A stretch of 64,000 nt of DNA from an uncultured Bacilli bacterium (GTDB lineage: Bacteria; Bacillota_I; Bacilli_A; RF39; UBA660): contig OZ006981.1 of the NCBI GenBank assembly GCA_963931185.1, positions 295,910 through 359,909 of the forward strand, read 5' to 3'. Positions within the stretch are counted from its first letter, which is position 1. Each line of letters begins with the position of its first letter. Of the stretch, positions 1-10,418 are shown in pieces. Made by a program: the position numbers and the translations under genes. Under the pieces are notes generated by a model. That model was not told the origin of the DNA, searched no databases, and worked only from the letters and a program-made list of their open reading frames with translations.

Positions 1-692
1 GTTTTTCTTATTTTATCTAACAAAGAGGTCTTTCCATGATCAACATGTCCCATAACAGTAACAATTGGTGGCCTTAGTATTAGATCTTCTTTCTTATCAT
101 TAATTTCATATTTTTCAAAATTACTTATATCCTTAGACTCTTCCCTTTTTACCTCTTTATCATAATCAAGAGCAATAAGCTCAACAATTTCCAAAGAAAG
201 AGAATAATTTATATTAGCCATTATACCTAATTTCATTAATTTTTTAATTATCTCAGTACTATTTACTGATAACAAACTAGATAAATCTGATACAGTCATA
301 TCTTCTTTATAAAGAATAATATTTTCTTCATTAGTATCATCATTTTGCATTAATTTTTCTCTGTGTTTGTATAATTCTTTTCTTTCTTTTTGAAACTTTA
401 CTTTATTATTTTCAATACGTTCAGATTTAGGTTTCAATTTTTGCTTATTAGTAGTATTATCAATATCAATTTTTGCATCATTTATCATTTTTTCTACTTT
501 TTCATCTAAAACTTCATCATCTAAAACATCATTATCCAGACTTGTCTCAATTTCTCCATCCAATAAAACAATATCATCTTCTGTCAACATGGTATTTTCA
601 TTTTCATATTTAATGCCCAATCTTTCACAAAGAATTTTAACCTCTTCTACTGTTTTATTAACGTCATTTGCATATTCTAATATACTCATCAT
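1..692 (-). CDS. infB: Translation initiation factor IF-2, N-terminal part (gene continues beyond window start)
   Basis: Minus-strand frame reads MMSILEYANDV... and reaches the G1 motif VTVMGHVDHGKTSLLD at the window edge. RBS GAAAGAGGTGA lies upstream of the ATG at 692. Confidence 0.8.
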   Translation of the reverse strand, partial: MMSILEYANDVNKTVEEVKILCERLGIKYENENTMLTEDDIVLLDGEIETSLDNDVLDDEVLDEKVEKMINDAKIDIDNTTNKQKLKPKSERIENNKVKFQKERKELYKHREKLMQNDDTNEENIILYKEDMTVSDLSSLLSVNSTEIIKKLMKLGIMANINYSLSLEIVELIALDYDKEVKREESKDISNFEKYEINDKKEDLILRPPIVTVMGHVDHGKTSLLDKIRK

Positions 693-707
693 GATAATCA
701 CCTCTTT

Positions 708-1181
708 CTATTTTTCCTTTATATATTTAACAACTTCAATATTACTTTCCTCTAACATTTCCTTTGATAATGGATCGCTATAATCACTATCGTATACAAT
801 TTTTTTTATTTCAGCATTTATAAGCATTCTAGCACAAATAGAACAAGGATAAGTATTAACATATATTGTTGCATTTTTTATACTTACACCTTTTATTGCT
901 GCACTTATAATAGCGTTCTGCTCAGCATGAACTGCCCTACATACTTCTTGTCTTGTACCAGAGGCAATATTATTATTTTTACGTAAACATCCACCACTAT
1001 CAATACAATGTTTTAATCCTTTAGGTGCACCATTATATCCAGTAGTAACAACTTGATTATCTAAAGTAATAACTGCGCCAACTTTTCTACTTACACAGTT
1101 AGATCTAGTCGCTACAAGATGTGACATATTTATAAAATATTCATCCCAAGTAGGTATTTGTTCATTCTTCATTTTTCTCAC
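708..1181 (-). CDS. comEB: dCMP deaminase (ComEB / cytidine-deoxycytidylate deaminase family)
   Basis: Zinc-binding motifs HAEQNAI and PCSICA; 157 aa. Confidence 0.8.
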   Translation of the reverse strand: MRKMKNEQIPTWDEYFINMSHLVATRSNCVSRKVGAVITLDNQVVTTGYNGAPKGLKHCIDSGGCLRKNNNIASGTRQEVCRAVHAEQNAIISAAIKGVSIKNATIYVNTYPCSICARMLINAEIKKIVYDSDYSDPLSKEMLEESNIEVVKYIKEK

Positions 1182-1443
1182 CTTCCTGAATCATTGCTAT
1201 AATTTCATCATAAATAGAATCTGGAATAACTACTTCCAAATGGCGCTCTAAAGTTTTACTCTTCTTTGCTTTCAATACAACTTCTATATCTTTTTTAATA
1301 TATGCACCATGGCCATTCATTTTTCCATTTAAATCTATTTCTACTTCTCCAAGTGGTGTTCTAACTATTCTTAATAGCTCTTTTTTAGGCAATTTTTCTT
1401 TTGTGATAACACATGTTCTAAGTGGTATTTTTTTCATTTTCAT
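1162..1443 (-). CDS. ylxR: YlxR-like (DUF448) RNA-binding protein of the nusA-infB operon
   Basis: 93 aa, N-terminal KIPLRTCVITKEKLPKKELLRIV typical of YlxR; lies directly downstream of nusA. Confidence 0.7.
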   Translation of the reverse strand: MKMKKIPLRTCVITKEKLPKKELLRIVRTPLGEVEIDLNGKMNGHGAYIKKDIEVVLKAKKSKTLERHLEVVIPDSIYDEIIAMIQEGEKNEE

Positions 1444-1456
1444 AATAATACCTCCC

Positions 1457-2566
1457 CTAATTTTTAAAGTTTATTCCCATTTCTCTTGCTTGTTCAGTAT
1501 TTTTAATATCTATTTTATAATGTGTTAATTTTGAAGCAAGTTTAGCATTTTGTCCTTTTTTCCCAATAGCCAAAGAAAAATTATCATCATCTACTACTAC
1601 AATGGCCTCTTGTTTTTTAGGATCAGTTATTATTACATGTAAATTTTTAGCTGGTGCTAAAGCATTAGCAATAAATACTGCAGGATCTTTATCGTATTTT
1701 ACAAGATCAATTTTTTCTCCAGATAATTCATCAATAATTCTTGTTATTCTACTTCTTTTTTCACCAATACATGCACCAATTGGATCAACATTAGAATATT
1801 CACTGTAAACAGCAACTTTACTTCTTGATCCAGCATCACGTGCTACACTATAAACTAAAACACTTCCATCATTTATTTCTGGTATCTCCAATTCAAAAAG
1901 TCTCTTTAAAAATCCGTAATGACATCTTGATAATAAAATAAATAAACCTTTTCCAGTATTTTCAACTTTACTTACATAAACTTTTATTTGCTTTCCCATT
2001 TCTATTTTTTCTGAAGGTATACATTCCTTTTTAGGCAATATACCATTACTTCTGCCAAGATCTATAAAATAATTATCGACATCTTCTAAAGCAACAGTAC
2101 CAACTAATAATTCGTCTTGTTTATCTCCATATTCTTCCATAATAGAATTTCTTTCAGCTTCTCTTATTTTTTGAACAATTACTTGTTTAGCAGTAGAAGC
2201 TGCAACTCTTCCAAAATCTTTAGGTGTTACTTCAGTATCAATAGTATCTCCAACATTTAAAGCTTTATTAATCTTTCTTGCCTCAGTCAATGTAATATGA
2301 TAATTTGGATTAAATTCTTCTTTTTCTTCATCATCACTATCATCATCTTCCATTTCATCAGGCACAACTGTTTTGTAAGAATATACTTTTATGTCACCAG
2401 TGTTCCTGTCAATTAATATTTTAGAATTAGTCAAAGAATTAAAGTTCTTCTTGTAAGCAGTAGCAAGTGCCAATTCCATAGCTTCAAAAACAATATCTTT
2501 CTCTATTCCTTTTTCTTTAACAATCAAGTCAACTGCTTTTATAAATTCCTTACCATTCATTTTAAT
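1457..2566 (-). CDS. nusA: Transcription termination/antitermination factor NusA
   Basis: NusA-like N-terminus (MNGKEFIKAVDLIVKEKGI...), S1/KH-type body, acidic insertion. The likely start MIKMNG at 2566 overlaps the rimP stop; the ORF track extends to 2593. Confidence 0.85.
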   Translation of the reverse strand: MKMNGKEFIKAVDLIVKEKGIEKDIVFEAMELALATAYKKNFNSLTNSKILIDRNTGDIKVYSYKTVVPDEMEDDDSDDEEKEEFNPNYHITLTEARKINKALNVGDTIDTEVTPKDFGRVAASTAKQVIVQKIREAERNSIMEEYGDKQDELLVGTVALEDVDNYFIDLGRSNGILPKKECIPSEKIEMGKQIKVYVSKVENTGKGLFILLSRCHYGFLKRLFELEIPEINDGSVLVYSVARDAGSRSKVAVYSEYSNVDPIGACIGEKRSRITRIIDELSGEKIDLVKYDKDPAVFIANALAPAKNLHVIITDPKKQEAIVVVDDDNFSLAIGKKGQNAKLASKLTHYKIDIKNTEQAREMGINFKN

Positions 2567-2810
2567 CATCTCCCTTTGATTTAGCATAAACATCTAAAAT
2601 ATATTTTTCATCTATAACATTCTCTTTTTCTAATAAAGGATCTATTATTTTAGTAGCCTCCACTACTTTATCAATGTCTATTATTTCTTCACTATCTAAA
2701 ACTACTCTTAAATAGTTATTCTTTCCTTCTTTTTCATATACAACATCATATATATATACATTTAAATCATCTAATTTATTACCAATTAAACTAATTACTC
2801 TTTCTTTCAA
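2562..2810 (-). CDS. rimP: Ribosome maturation factor RimP (short form, N-terminal domain)
   Basis: 82-aa ORF immediately upstream of nusA with a RimP-like N-terminus; shorter than typical RimP. Confidence 0.5.
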   Translation of the reverse strand: MKERVISLIGNKLDDLNVYIYDVVYEKEGKNNYLRVVLDSEEIIDIDKVVEATKIIDPLLEKENVIDEKYILDVYAKSKGDD

Positions 2811-2913
2811 AATATCACCTCATCAATATAAAAGGTGGAAGTCTTCTTCCACCAGTTGCTATGTCAATTATATTATAATTACAAATAATTATCAAGTATT
2901 TAATTAGAAAATA

Positions 2914-3234
2914 CTATTTTTTCTTATGAATAAATGTCTTAGTAACATAACATAAAAAGCATATATAAATAAATACAAACACCCACATTAATATAGTATA
3001 AAAAATACCATTTGAATATTTTCCAATAACAGAAGGAATACTACTAGGAAAATATCTACCTATTAATGCCTTAAGTTCAGGTATAGGAACATTTTCTTTA
3101 ATAAATGCTAATATTCTTAAAAAAATATCAATTATTGCAACAGCATAAACAAAACTTGAAAATCTTCTAAAGAAAAATAAAACTAGTAGCAATAAAATTA
3201 TTAATATAGTTAAATCAATATACATAATAAACAC
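2914..3234 (-). CDS. Small hydrophobic membrane protein, unknown function
   Basis: 106 aa with 3 predicted TM helices. Confidence 0.4.
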   Translation of the reverse strand: MFIMYIDLTILIILLLLVLFFFRRFSSFVYAVAIIDIFLRILAFIKENVPIPELKALIGRYFPSSIPSVIGKYSNGIFYTILMWVFVFIYICFLCYVTKTFIHKKK

Positions 3235-3262
3235 CTCTTACTATAAATATAATATCATAAAT

Positions 3263-3787
3263 TTAACTATTAAAATAGATATTTTTTTCTTTTTCCCTCG
3301 CTAAAGTTGTCGCTTGTCCATGTTCTGGATATATTTTAATATTATCATCATACTTTCTAATTTTAGCTATAGACTTTTTCATTTCAGAAAAACTTCCACC
3401 TTCTAAATCGCATCTTCCTATATTGTTAAAAAAAAGAAAGTCTCCTGTAAACATTACTTTATTTTTATAAAAATAATAAGTAACAGAATCCTCAGAATGT
3501 CCACCGGTAAAAATAACATTAAAAGAAAAGTTCCCCAATTTATAATTTTCTTCATCTAAATTCATTTTTTCATATACTGGTACTTTATATTCATTTAATA
3601 ATTGTTCTAGTGCTCCTATATGATCATAATGTCTATGCGTAAGTAACACCCCAAGGACTTTACTTTTAATATTACTTTTAATTTTGTCAAAATCACTACC
3701 TGGATCGATTATTAAACATTCGTTGTTTTTTTCTAAAATATAACAATTTTCTTCCAAAAAACCTGTTTTTATACATTTTATATTCAT
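3263..3787 (-). CDS. MBL-fold metallo-hydrolase (glyoxalase II-like)
   Basis: THRHYDH motif (LLTHRHYDHIGA). Start chosen at MNIKCIKTG, which abuts the queH stop; the N-terminal extension in the ORF track is likely spurious. Confidence 0.7.
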   Translation of the reverse strand: MNIKCIKTGFLEENCYILEKNNECLIIDPGSDFDKIKSNIKSKVLGVLLTHRHYDHIGALEQLLNEYKVPVYEKMNLDEENYKLGNFSFNVIFTGGHSEDSVTYYFYKNKVMFTGDFLFFNNIGRCDLEGGSFSEMKKSIAKIRKYDDNIKIYPEHGQATTLAREKEKNIYFNS

Positions 3788-3788
3788 A

Positions 3789-4409
3789 TTAATCCTCTTT
3801 ATTTTCCTTTTTAGAATATTTACAACCGCAATAATTTTGTCTATATAAATTATAAATATGAGATAATTCAATACTACGTTTATAACCATTTTTTTTCTTA
3901 AAGTCAGAATAAAGATATTTAATATTATAAATTTCACTTAATTTTTTCCCAATTTCATTCAACACTTTAGAACTTTTATAAGGACTTATAGATAATGTAG
4001 TAGTAAAATAGTCAAAATGATTATCAAAAGCAAATTTAGCAGTTTCTTCAAGTCTAAGATAATAACACTTATGACAACGTAATCCACCTTCTTGTTCTTT
4101 TTCTAAGCCTAAAATCACATTTTCAAATTTTTCATTGTCATATGGTGCATCAACAAATTTTACTGGATTAACAAAATTACACTCTTCGATAAATCTTTTT
4201 TGCTCACTCATTCTTTTTAAATACTCTTCCTTAGAAGATATATTAGGATTATAATAAAAAACTGTTATAAAAAAATACTTAGATAAGTACTCAAGCACAT
4301 ATGATGAACATGGTGCACAACAACTATGAAGTAATAAGGTAGGCTTTTCATTATTTCTTATAATATTATCTATTGTTTTATCTAAAATTATTTGATAGTT
4401 ATCGTTCAT
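3789..4409 (-). CDS. queH: Epoxyqueuosine reductase QueH (DUF208)
   Basis: LLLHSCCAPCSSY motif and conserved Cys pattern of QueH. Confidence 0.75.
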   Translation of the reverse strand: MNDNYQIILDKTIDNIIRNNEKPTLLLHSCCAPCSSYVLEYLSKYFFITVFYYNPNISSKEEYLKRMSEQKRFIEECNFVNPVKFVDAPYDNEKFENVILGLEKEQEGGLRCHKCYYLRLEETAKFAFDNHFDYFTTTLSISPYKSSKVLNEIGKKLSEIYNIKYLYSDFKKKNGYKRSIELSHIYNLYRQNYCGCKYSKKENKED

Positions 4410-4465
4410 TTAAATCACCACATTCATTTTAAAGCTTTATATACAAAATGTCAAAAAAAAGCAAT

Positions 4466-5368
4466 TTATGCAAAATATTTACTAAAATTTGTTAAATGCT
4501 TTTTTAAAGTATTTGTTTTAATTTTTGGTAGAGAAACACCCATTTTCTTAGCATAAGGTTTAACTATCTCTAAAAACCTTTTTTCAAACGGTTCAATTAA
4601 TTCTTTATCAGTAATTTTTGCTGCTTCTATATTTCTTAATGTATCAATTAATCCTTCTTTATTATCAAATTCCCCAGTTGTTGCTATAGAAAAATCTATA
4701 TCAGCCATTCGACAAAGAGCAACATTAGTAGCTAATGGATAATGTCTAAATCCTCTATTATCATCTTCTAAATCATTAACATAACTACAGATATCATAAG
4801 CAAGAGAATTTTCTAAACCTCTTTTTTCTAAACGTTCTTTTTGAATCTGCCACAAACCTAAATAAGCACCGAAATAAAAATCTTCAGTCATATCCAAACT
4901 TTCAATATAACCACATTCTCTTTCTCTACCAGCGATTCCTAATTCAACTAGCTCATACATATTTTTAAATTTTTTATCACTATTTATAGCTTCTGACACT
5001 CTTTTTGAATATGAACTACTTAAACGTTCATTTTCTAAAATTCTAGTCATTCTTTTAGCATTTAAATGTGTACTAATATTAACGTTAATATTATTATTAT
5101 GATAAGGTACACCTTTAGGTAATTCGACATTAGAAGTTATTCCAGCAGCAACTAAGGCTATTCTTAAATTATTAGAAATTACACCATCTTCAACACCTAT
5201 TTTTACACAGTTCGTTTTACAAGAAATAATTTCGTATAAAACAATATCCTCCAAATAAGCTTTAAATATTGCCAATTGCTCTTTGGTTGGTTTGAATATT
5301 TGATTTATCTGATAAACTGATGAAAGAACTGCTTTTTCAATTTCATTCAAACTTTTATAATCATACAT
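4466..5368 (-). CDS. Hypothetical protein
   Basis: 300-aa ORF with coding-like composition; no motif recognised. Confidence 0.5.
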   Translation of the reverse strand: MYDYKSLNEIEKAVLSSVYQINQIFKPTKEQLAIFKAYLEDIVLYEIISCKTNCVKIGVEDGVISNNLRIALVAAGITSNVELPKGVPYHNNNINVNISTHLNAKRMTRILENERLSSSYSKRVSEAINSDKKFKNMYELVELGIAGRERECGYIESLDMTEDFYFGAYLGLWQIQKERLEKRGLENSLAYDICSYVNDLEDDNRGFRHYPLATNVALCRMADIDFSIATTGEFDNKEGLIDTLRNIEAAKITDKELIEPFEKRFLEIVKPYAKKMGVSLPKIKTNTLKKHLTNFSKYFA

Positions 5369-5419
5369 GTATATCCCTCCAATTTGTAGCTGCTATTATA
5401 ACAAACAAAAGTATAATTG

Positions 5420-6655
5420 TCAATTTACTATATTACTTATTGCCATAATAATTGCCAACTTTCCATATTCATAAGTAAGAGATCCTTGTTGATAAGCAAT
5501 GTAAGGCTCTCTTATCGGTCCATCACAAGATAATTCAATAGATGACCCTTGTGTAAAAGTTCCTGCAGCCATTATAACTTGATTTGAGTATCCTGGCATA
5601 TCCCAAGGAATTGGCAAAACATTAGAATCAATTGGAGAAGCACTTTGAATTCCTTGACAATATTTAATAAGTTTTTCTTTATTATGAAAAATAATATTTT
5701 GCACAATATCACATCTATGTTCATTATACTTTGGTTCAACATCATAACCTAATTTTTCTAAAACTTTACTAGTAAGAACTGCAACTTTTAAACTATTAGC
5801 AACAACACTTGGAGATAAAAATAGCCCTTGTAATAATTTCTTATTAATACCTAAAGTAGGCCCTACTTCACGACCTTCGCCAGGCAAAGTTAATCTCTCA
5901 GCAGCAAGTATTACTAAATCTTTTCTACCAGCAATATATGCACCATTAGGAGCAATTCCACCGCCAAGATTTTTAATCAAAGAACCAACAATTATATCAG
6001 CACCCACCGTTAAAGGAGTCTTTTCTTCAGTTAATTCACAATAACAGTTATCAATCATTATTATTACTTCTTTATCTATTTTCCTTATAAAATTTATAAC
6101 TTTTTCTAATTTATAAATATCAATACTTTTTCTTGTAGAATAACCTTTAGATCTTTGGATTTCAATAACTTTTACTTTATTATTCTCTAAAAAATTTTCT
6201 ATTTTATCATAATCAAATTCATTATCAATTAAATCAATTTGTTCATATTTGACACCAAAAGATTTTAAAGAACTAGCGTTTTCTTTTATCCCAATAACTT
6301 CATCTAAAGTATCATAAGGCTTACCTGTAATACTTAAAAATATATCATTGGGTCTTAAAAATGCAAAAAAAGCTACTGTCAAAGCATGAGACCCAGAAAT
6401 AAATTGACTTCTGACAATAGCATCTTCTGCATCCAAAACCTCAGCAAAAACTTTTTCTATTACATCTCTACCAATATCATTGTATCCATAACCAGTAGAA
6501 GAATTAAAATGAATTTCTGAAACATTATTATTTCTAAAAGCATTAAGAATCTTTAAACTATTCTTTTCACATAAAATATCTATCTTATCAAATTGATCTT
6601 TAACATCTTTCTCACATTCATTAACTAAATCATATATTTTATTATCTATCATCAA
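5420..6655 (-). CDS. PLP-dependent C-S lyase of the methionine gamma-lyase-like / aluminium-resistance (YnbB) family
   Basis: GADIIVGSLIKNLGGGIAPNGAYIAGRKDLV block typical of this family. Confidence 0.55.
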   Translation of the reverse strand: MMIDNKIYDLVNECEKDVKDQFDKIDILCEKNSLKILNAFRNNNVSEIHFNSSTGYGYNDIGRDVIEKVFAEVLDAEDAIVRSQFISGSHALTVAFFAFLRPNDIFLSITGKPYDTLDEVIGIKENASSLKSFGVKYEQIDLIDNEFDYDKIENFLENNKVKVIEIQRSKGYSTRKSIDIYKLEKVINFIRKIDKEVIIMIDNCYCELTEEKTPLTVGADIIVGSLIKNLGGGIAPNGAYIAGRKDLVILAAERLTLPGEGREVGPTLGINKKLLQGLFLSPSVVANSLKVAVLTSKVLEKLGYDVEPKYNEHRCDIVQNIIFHNKEKLIKYCQGIQSASPIDSNVLPIPWDMPGYSNQVIMAAGTFTQGSSIELSCDGPIREPYIAYQQGSLTYEYGKLAIIMAISNIVN

Positions 6656-7398
6656 TAACTTCCTCCATCTATTCTTATTACTTCACTATTGATATAAGAA
6701 CTTTTATCGCTAGCTAAAAATAAAACTAAATTTACTATATCATCAATAGTACCAAATCGATTTAACAAAATATTTCTACTTTCAGAAGAAATAAAATTAT
6801 TATCTAATGAATCATCTAAATTTAAGATTTTATCTGTCATAATCCATCCTGGTGCAATAGCATTAACATTAATATATGGTGCATATTGCTTAGCAAAATT
6901 ATGTGTCATAGAAATAAGAGCAGCTTTTGACGCATCATATTCTAAAGTAATAGGATCATACTTATCAAATGCATTATTAGACGATATATTAATTATTTTA
7001 CCATATTTATTCTTATACATTTCTTCAGCTATTTTTCTACTAATTAAAAATGTTCCTACTAAATTAATCTCTAAAGTATGCATAAACATTTCCTTAGTTT
7101 TATCGCAAAATTCAAGATTATATTCTACTGCCGCATTATTAACTAAAACATCTATTTTTTTGAAATATTCTATTGCTTCATCTACGCTTTCACAAATCAT
7201 TTCTTCACTAGCTAAATCACACTTTAAAATTAAAACATCTACTTTATATTTATCATTTATAATATTTTTTAATTTTTCAGCGCCATTTTTACTATTATTA
7301 TAAGTTATCACTAAATCGTATCCATCTTTAGCAAAACCTAAAGACAAATATTCTCCTAATCCGCTTGCTCCTCCAGTAATAAAAGCTACTTTTCTCAT
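6652..7398 (-). CDS. SDR family oxidoreductase (3-oxoacyl-ACP reductase-like)
   Basis: TGGASGLG cofactor motif and YxxxK (YDASKAAL). Start MRKVAF at 7398 with a GGTGA RBS. Confidence 0.75.
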   Translation of the reverse strand: MRKVAFITGGASGLGEYLSLGFAKDGYDLVITYNNSKNGAEKLKNIINDKYKVDVLILKCDLASEEMICESVDEAIEYFKKIDVLVNNAAVEYNLEFCDKTKEMFMHTLEINLVGTFLISRKIAEEMYKNKYGKIINISSNNAFDKYDPITLEYDASKAALISMTHNFAKQYAPYINVNAIAPGWIMTDKILNLDDSLDNNFISSESRNILLNRFGTIDDIVNLVLFLASDKSSYINSEVIRIDGGSY

Positions 7399-7473
7399 CC
7401 TAATCACCAAACTTATTATAACAAAAATTGAAATAAAATTTAATTATTTTTACTATAAAAAAAAGCATATATA

Positions 7474-8031
7474 CTATGCTCTTGATACATATTTGCCATC
7501 AGCAGTAGAAACTAATATTTTTTCGCCCTCATCGATAAACATAGGAACTTTTACTACCATTCCATTTTCTAGTTCAGCATCTTTCATTGCAGTTGAAGTA
7601 GTATTACCTTTAACACCAGGTTCTGATTTAGTAATCATATATTCTATTTTATCAGGTAAAATCATTCCTAATACTTCACCTTCATAAAAAGATATTATAA
7701 CTTCTAAATTTTCCTTTAAGAATTTATAATCATCACCTAACTGTGATTTTTTTAGTTCAACTTGATCATAAGTTACCATGTTCATAAAGTAATAAGTATC
7801 ACCTTGTGCATATAAAAATTGCATATTTTGCTTTTCAATACGAGCGGTTTCTAATTTAACATTCGTATTATAAGTTGTTTCAACTGTCGTTCCAGTTCTT
7901 AAATTTTTTAATTTAGTTCGAACAAAAGCAGAACCTTTTCCAGGTTTTACATGTTGAAACTCTACTACTTGATATAAATTATTGTCTATTTTAATTGTTA
8001 AGCCATTTTTAATATCATTTACATTTATCAT
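7474..8031 (-). CDS. efp: Elongation factor P
   Basis: KPGKGSAFVRTKLKNLRTG motif; 185 aa. Confidence 0.9.
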   Translation of the reverse strand: MINVNDIKNGLTIKIDNNLYQVVEFQHVKPGKGSAFVRTKLKNLRTGTTVETTYNTNVKLETARIEKQNMQFLYAQGDTYYFMNMVTYDQVELKKSQLGDDYKFLKENLEVIISFYEGEVLGMILPDKIEYMITKSEPGVKGNTTSTAMKDAELENGMVVKVPMFIDEGEKILVSTADGKYVSRA

Positions 8032-8051
8032 ATGTTTTCACCTACAATCTA

Positions 8052-8217
8052 ATTACTTCTTTTCTTTATGAACAGTATGTTGTTTACATCTATTACAATA
8101 TTTATTTAATTCTAGACGATCAGTTGTATTTTTTACATTCTTAGAAGTAACGTAATTTTCTTCTTTACAATTTTGACATACAAGAATTTTATCTTGTCTA
8201 TTACCTACTTTAGCCAT
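8052..8217 (-). pseudogene. rpmG: 50S ribosomal protein L33 (zinc-ribbon type), apparently frameshifted in an A/T homopolymer
   Basis: Reads [39 protein letters not shown], then hits a stop at codon 42. The conserved L33 C-terminus [15 protein letters not shown] continues in another frame after a T4 run at 8098-8101. Confidence 0.45.
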
Positions 8218-8325
8218 TTTATCCCTCCTTGGTTTCTATTGGTATTATATCAAAAAAATAATATTTTGCAAATTTTTTTTGTTAAAGATATATAAAAAGT
8301 TGCAACATGGGATATTATAACACAA

Positions 8326-10353
8326 TTATCCATATAATTCAAAGAATTTATTAGCTATTAATCTAGTTACTCTAATATTACCATAACTTCTATTATCACT
8401 ATCTGAACTGACTATATTGGGAAATGTTACTGCCATAGACATTTTAGGATTTTCAAATGGATAATAACCTACAAAAGAATTTGTAATGGTAGGTGTATCT
8501 ATTATTCCATCATCATTTGTATCAATGAATGATTCTGAAGTCCCAGTTTTCCCCGCAGGAGATGGTACTCCTTTCATATAATTTTTTCCAAGTCCTGTAG
8601 TCATAACCTCTCTAAAACCTAACTGAACTCTTTCAATATATTCTTTTTTAGTAGTAACTTTATTAAGAACTATACTATCTTGTCTATATAAAAGTGTTCC
8701 TAAATTACTACCATTGTCACTTTCATAAACTTCTTTTAACAAATGAGGTTTATATCGTATACCACCAGTTGCTATTGTAGAAATATATTCAGATAATTGC
8801 ATAGTAGTATAAGTATCATATTGTCCAATTACATAATTTAAAAGTAAATCTGGCTCACTACTTTTTCCAACATTACCAATTCCATCAATAGGTAGATCTA
8901 TTTCTGTCTTAACACCCAAACCGAACTCATTAAATGTCTTACGATATTTTTCAAAAGCATTTTCAGTATTTATAAATTTTCCATTATAAGTATATTCATA
9001 TCCCGCCACTTTCATTGCTGTTTTAAACTGATAAACATTAGAAGATTGACTCAACGCTGTTATATCGTTTATTCTTCCTAATGTTGTCCACGAACATTTT
9101 TCTGGTTTGGAATATAATTTAATACATTCATCAACTTGATATTCACCTATCTCTATAGCATTTTCATTATATCCAACTAATATTGAAGCTCCTTTAACTA
9201 CACTACCTGGCGTTACTGGATTAGTAATTACTCCTGGCGTTACATCATAAATATAATATTCGCCATTTTTTTTAATAACTTGTTTACCAACCATTGCTAG
9301 AATTTCACCAGTATTAGGTTCTTTAATAACAACATATATATGATTAAACAAATCTGTCCCTGGATCTTTCTTTATTTTGATAATTTCTTCTTCTAATATT
9401 TTTTCAATTTCTTGTTGTAGATTTATATCAATAGTTAAAACAATATCATTTCCTCTTTTCCCAGAATCAATCATAACAATTTCATTATTGTCAATCGTAT
9501 AAGTTCCTTTTTTTCCTTTTAATATATCCTCATATTGTTTTTCGATATAACTAACACCAACTATATCATTCAATGAATAGCCTTTAGATAAATAATAATC
9601 TTTTTCTTCCTTAGATATTTTTGATATATTCCCTAAAATTGATCTAAAAGTATCACCATATGGATATACTCTTTCCCAATCATATTTTATATAAAAGCCA
9701 GGAATTTTAGTTAAATTATCGGAAATTTTTGCAAGTTCTGAATCTGTTAGATTTTCTTTTTTTATTATTTTTTCCTCATATGAATAACCATTATTCATTA
9801 AATAATAGATATAAGCAGCCTTTTTCTCTATATCATCATATTTGCTTAAAGTTTCTCCAGTTATTCTACTTAATTTTAAATAATAAATATCTTCATCATC
9901 TAGTTTTCTGTTTTCATATTTTTGCCATTCCTCTTTGCTTATTAATGTTTTAGAAAAAGTAGCATTTTCAACTAACCAATAATCTTTTAACATTCGTTCA
10001 GTGAGTTTTGAATAATCAAGTTCAATAATTTCACTAATTAAATTAGCATATTTAATCTCACTTATAGAATCTACTTTATTTGGCTTTAAATAATAAAGAA
10101 CTGGTATGCTTATATTATCTACAATAATATTATAATTCCTATCATATATTCTCCCACGTGGGACAGTAGAAAATGAATAAATATTGTTCGTTTTTTCAAT
10201 CAATAATTTACTATAATAAGAATTTTTTATTATTGTAATATTAAATATTTGAAATAATATTATTATAAAAGAAATATATATTATATATTTTAAAATATTT
10301 AATCTTTTATTAATATTTTTTTTTAAATTATTTTTTATTTTTATTTTTTTCAT
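8326..10353 (-). CDS. Class B penicillin-binding protein (PBP2/FtsI-like transpeptidase)
   Basis: N-terminal TM segment; transpeptidase motifs SVVK (SxxK), SSN, KTGT. Confidence 0.85.
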   Translation of the reverse strand: MKKIKIKNNLKKNINKRLNILKYIIYISFIIILFQIFNITIIKNSYYSKLLIEKTNNIYSFSTVPRGRIYDRNYNIIVDNISIPVLYYLKPNKVDSISEIKYANLISEIIELDYSKLTERMLKDYWLVENATFSKTLISKEEWQKYENRKLDDEDIYYLKLSRITGETLSKYDDIEKKAAYIYYLMNNGYSYEEKIIKKENLTDSELAKISDNLTKIPGFYIKYDWERVYPYGDTFRSILGNISKISKEEKDYYLSKGYSLNDIVGVSYIEKQYEDILKGKKGTYTIDNNEIVMIDSGKRGNDIVLTIDINLQQEIEKILEEEIIKIKKDPGTDLFNHIYVVIKEPNTGEILAMVGKQVIKKNGEYYIYDVTPGVITNPVTPGSVVKGASILVGYNENAIEIGEYQVDECIKLYSKPEKCSWTTLGRINDITALSQSSNVYQFKTAMKVAGYEYTYNGKFINTENAFEKYRKTFNEFGLGVKTEIDLPIDGIGNVGKSSEPDLLLNYVIGQYDTYTTMQLSEYISTIATGGIRYKPHLLKEVYESDNGSNLGTLLYRQDSIVLNKVTTKKEYIERVQLGFREVMTTGLGKNYMKGVPSPAGKTGTSESFIDTNDDGIIDTPTITNSFVGYYPFENPKMSMAVTFPNIVSSDSDNRSYGNIRVTRLIANKFFELYG

Positions 10354-10418
10354 GCTATCACATTAATATTTTGTGTAATATTTAAAAAGTTATTTAATAT
10401 ATTTTAATAGGTGATAAT

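Noticed and set aside
589-783. 64-aa plus-strand ORF
   Set aside because: Lies antisense within the infB N-terminus and comEB end. Low-complexity hydrophobic translation typical of an AT-rich antisense frame.
1602-1808. 68-aa plus-strand ORF
   Set aside because: Entirely antisense to nusA; no RBS.
9729-9953. 74-aa plus-strand ORF
   Set aside because: Antisense inside the PBP gene.
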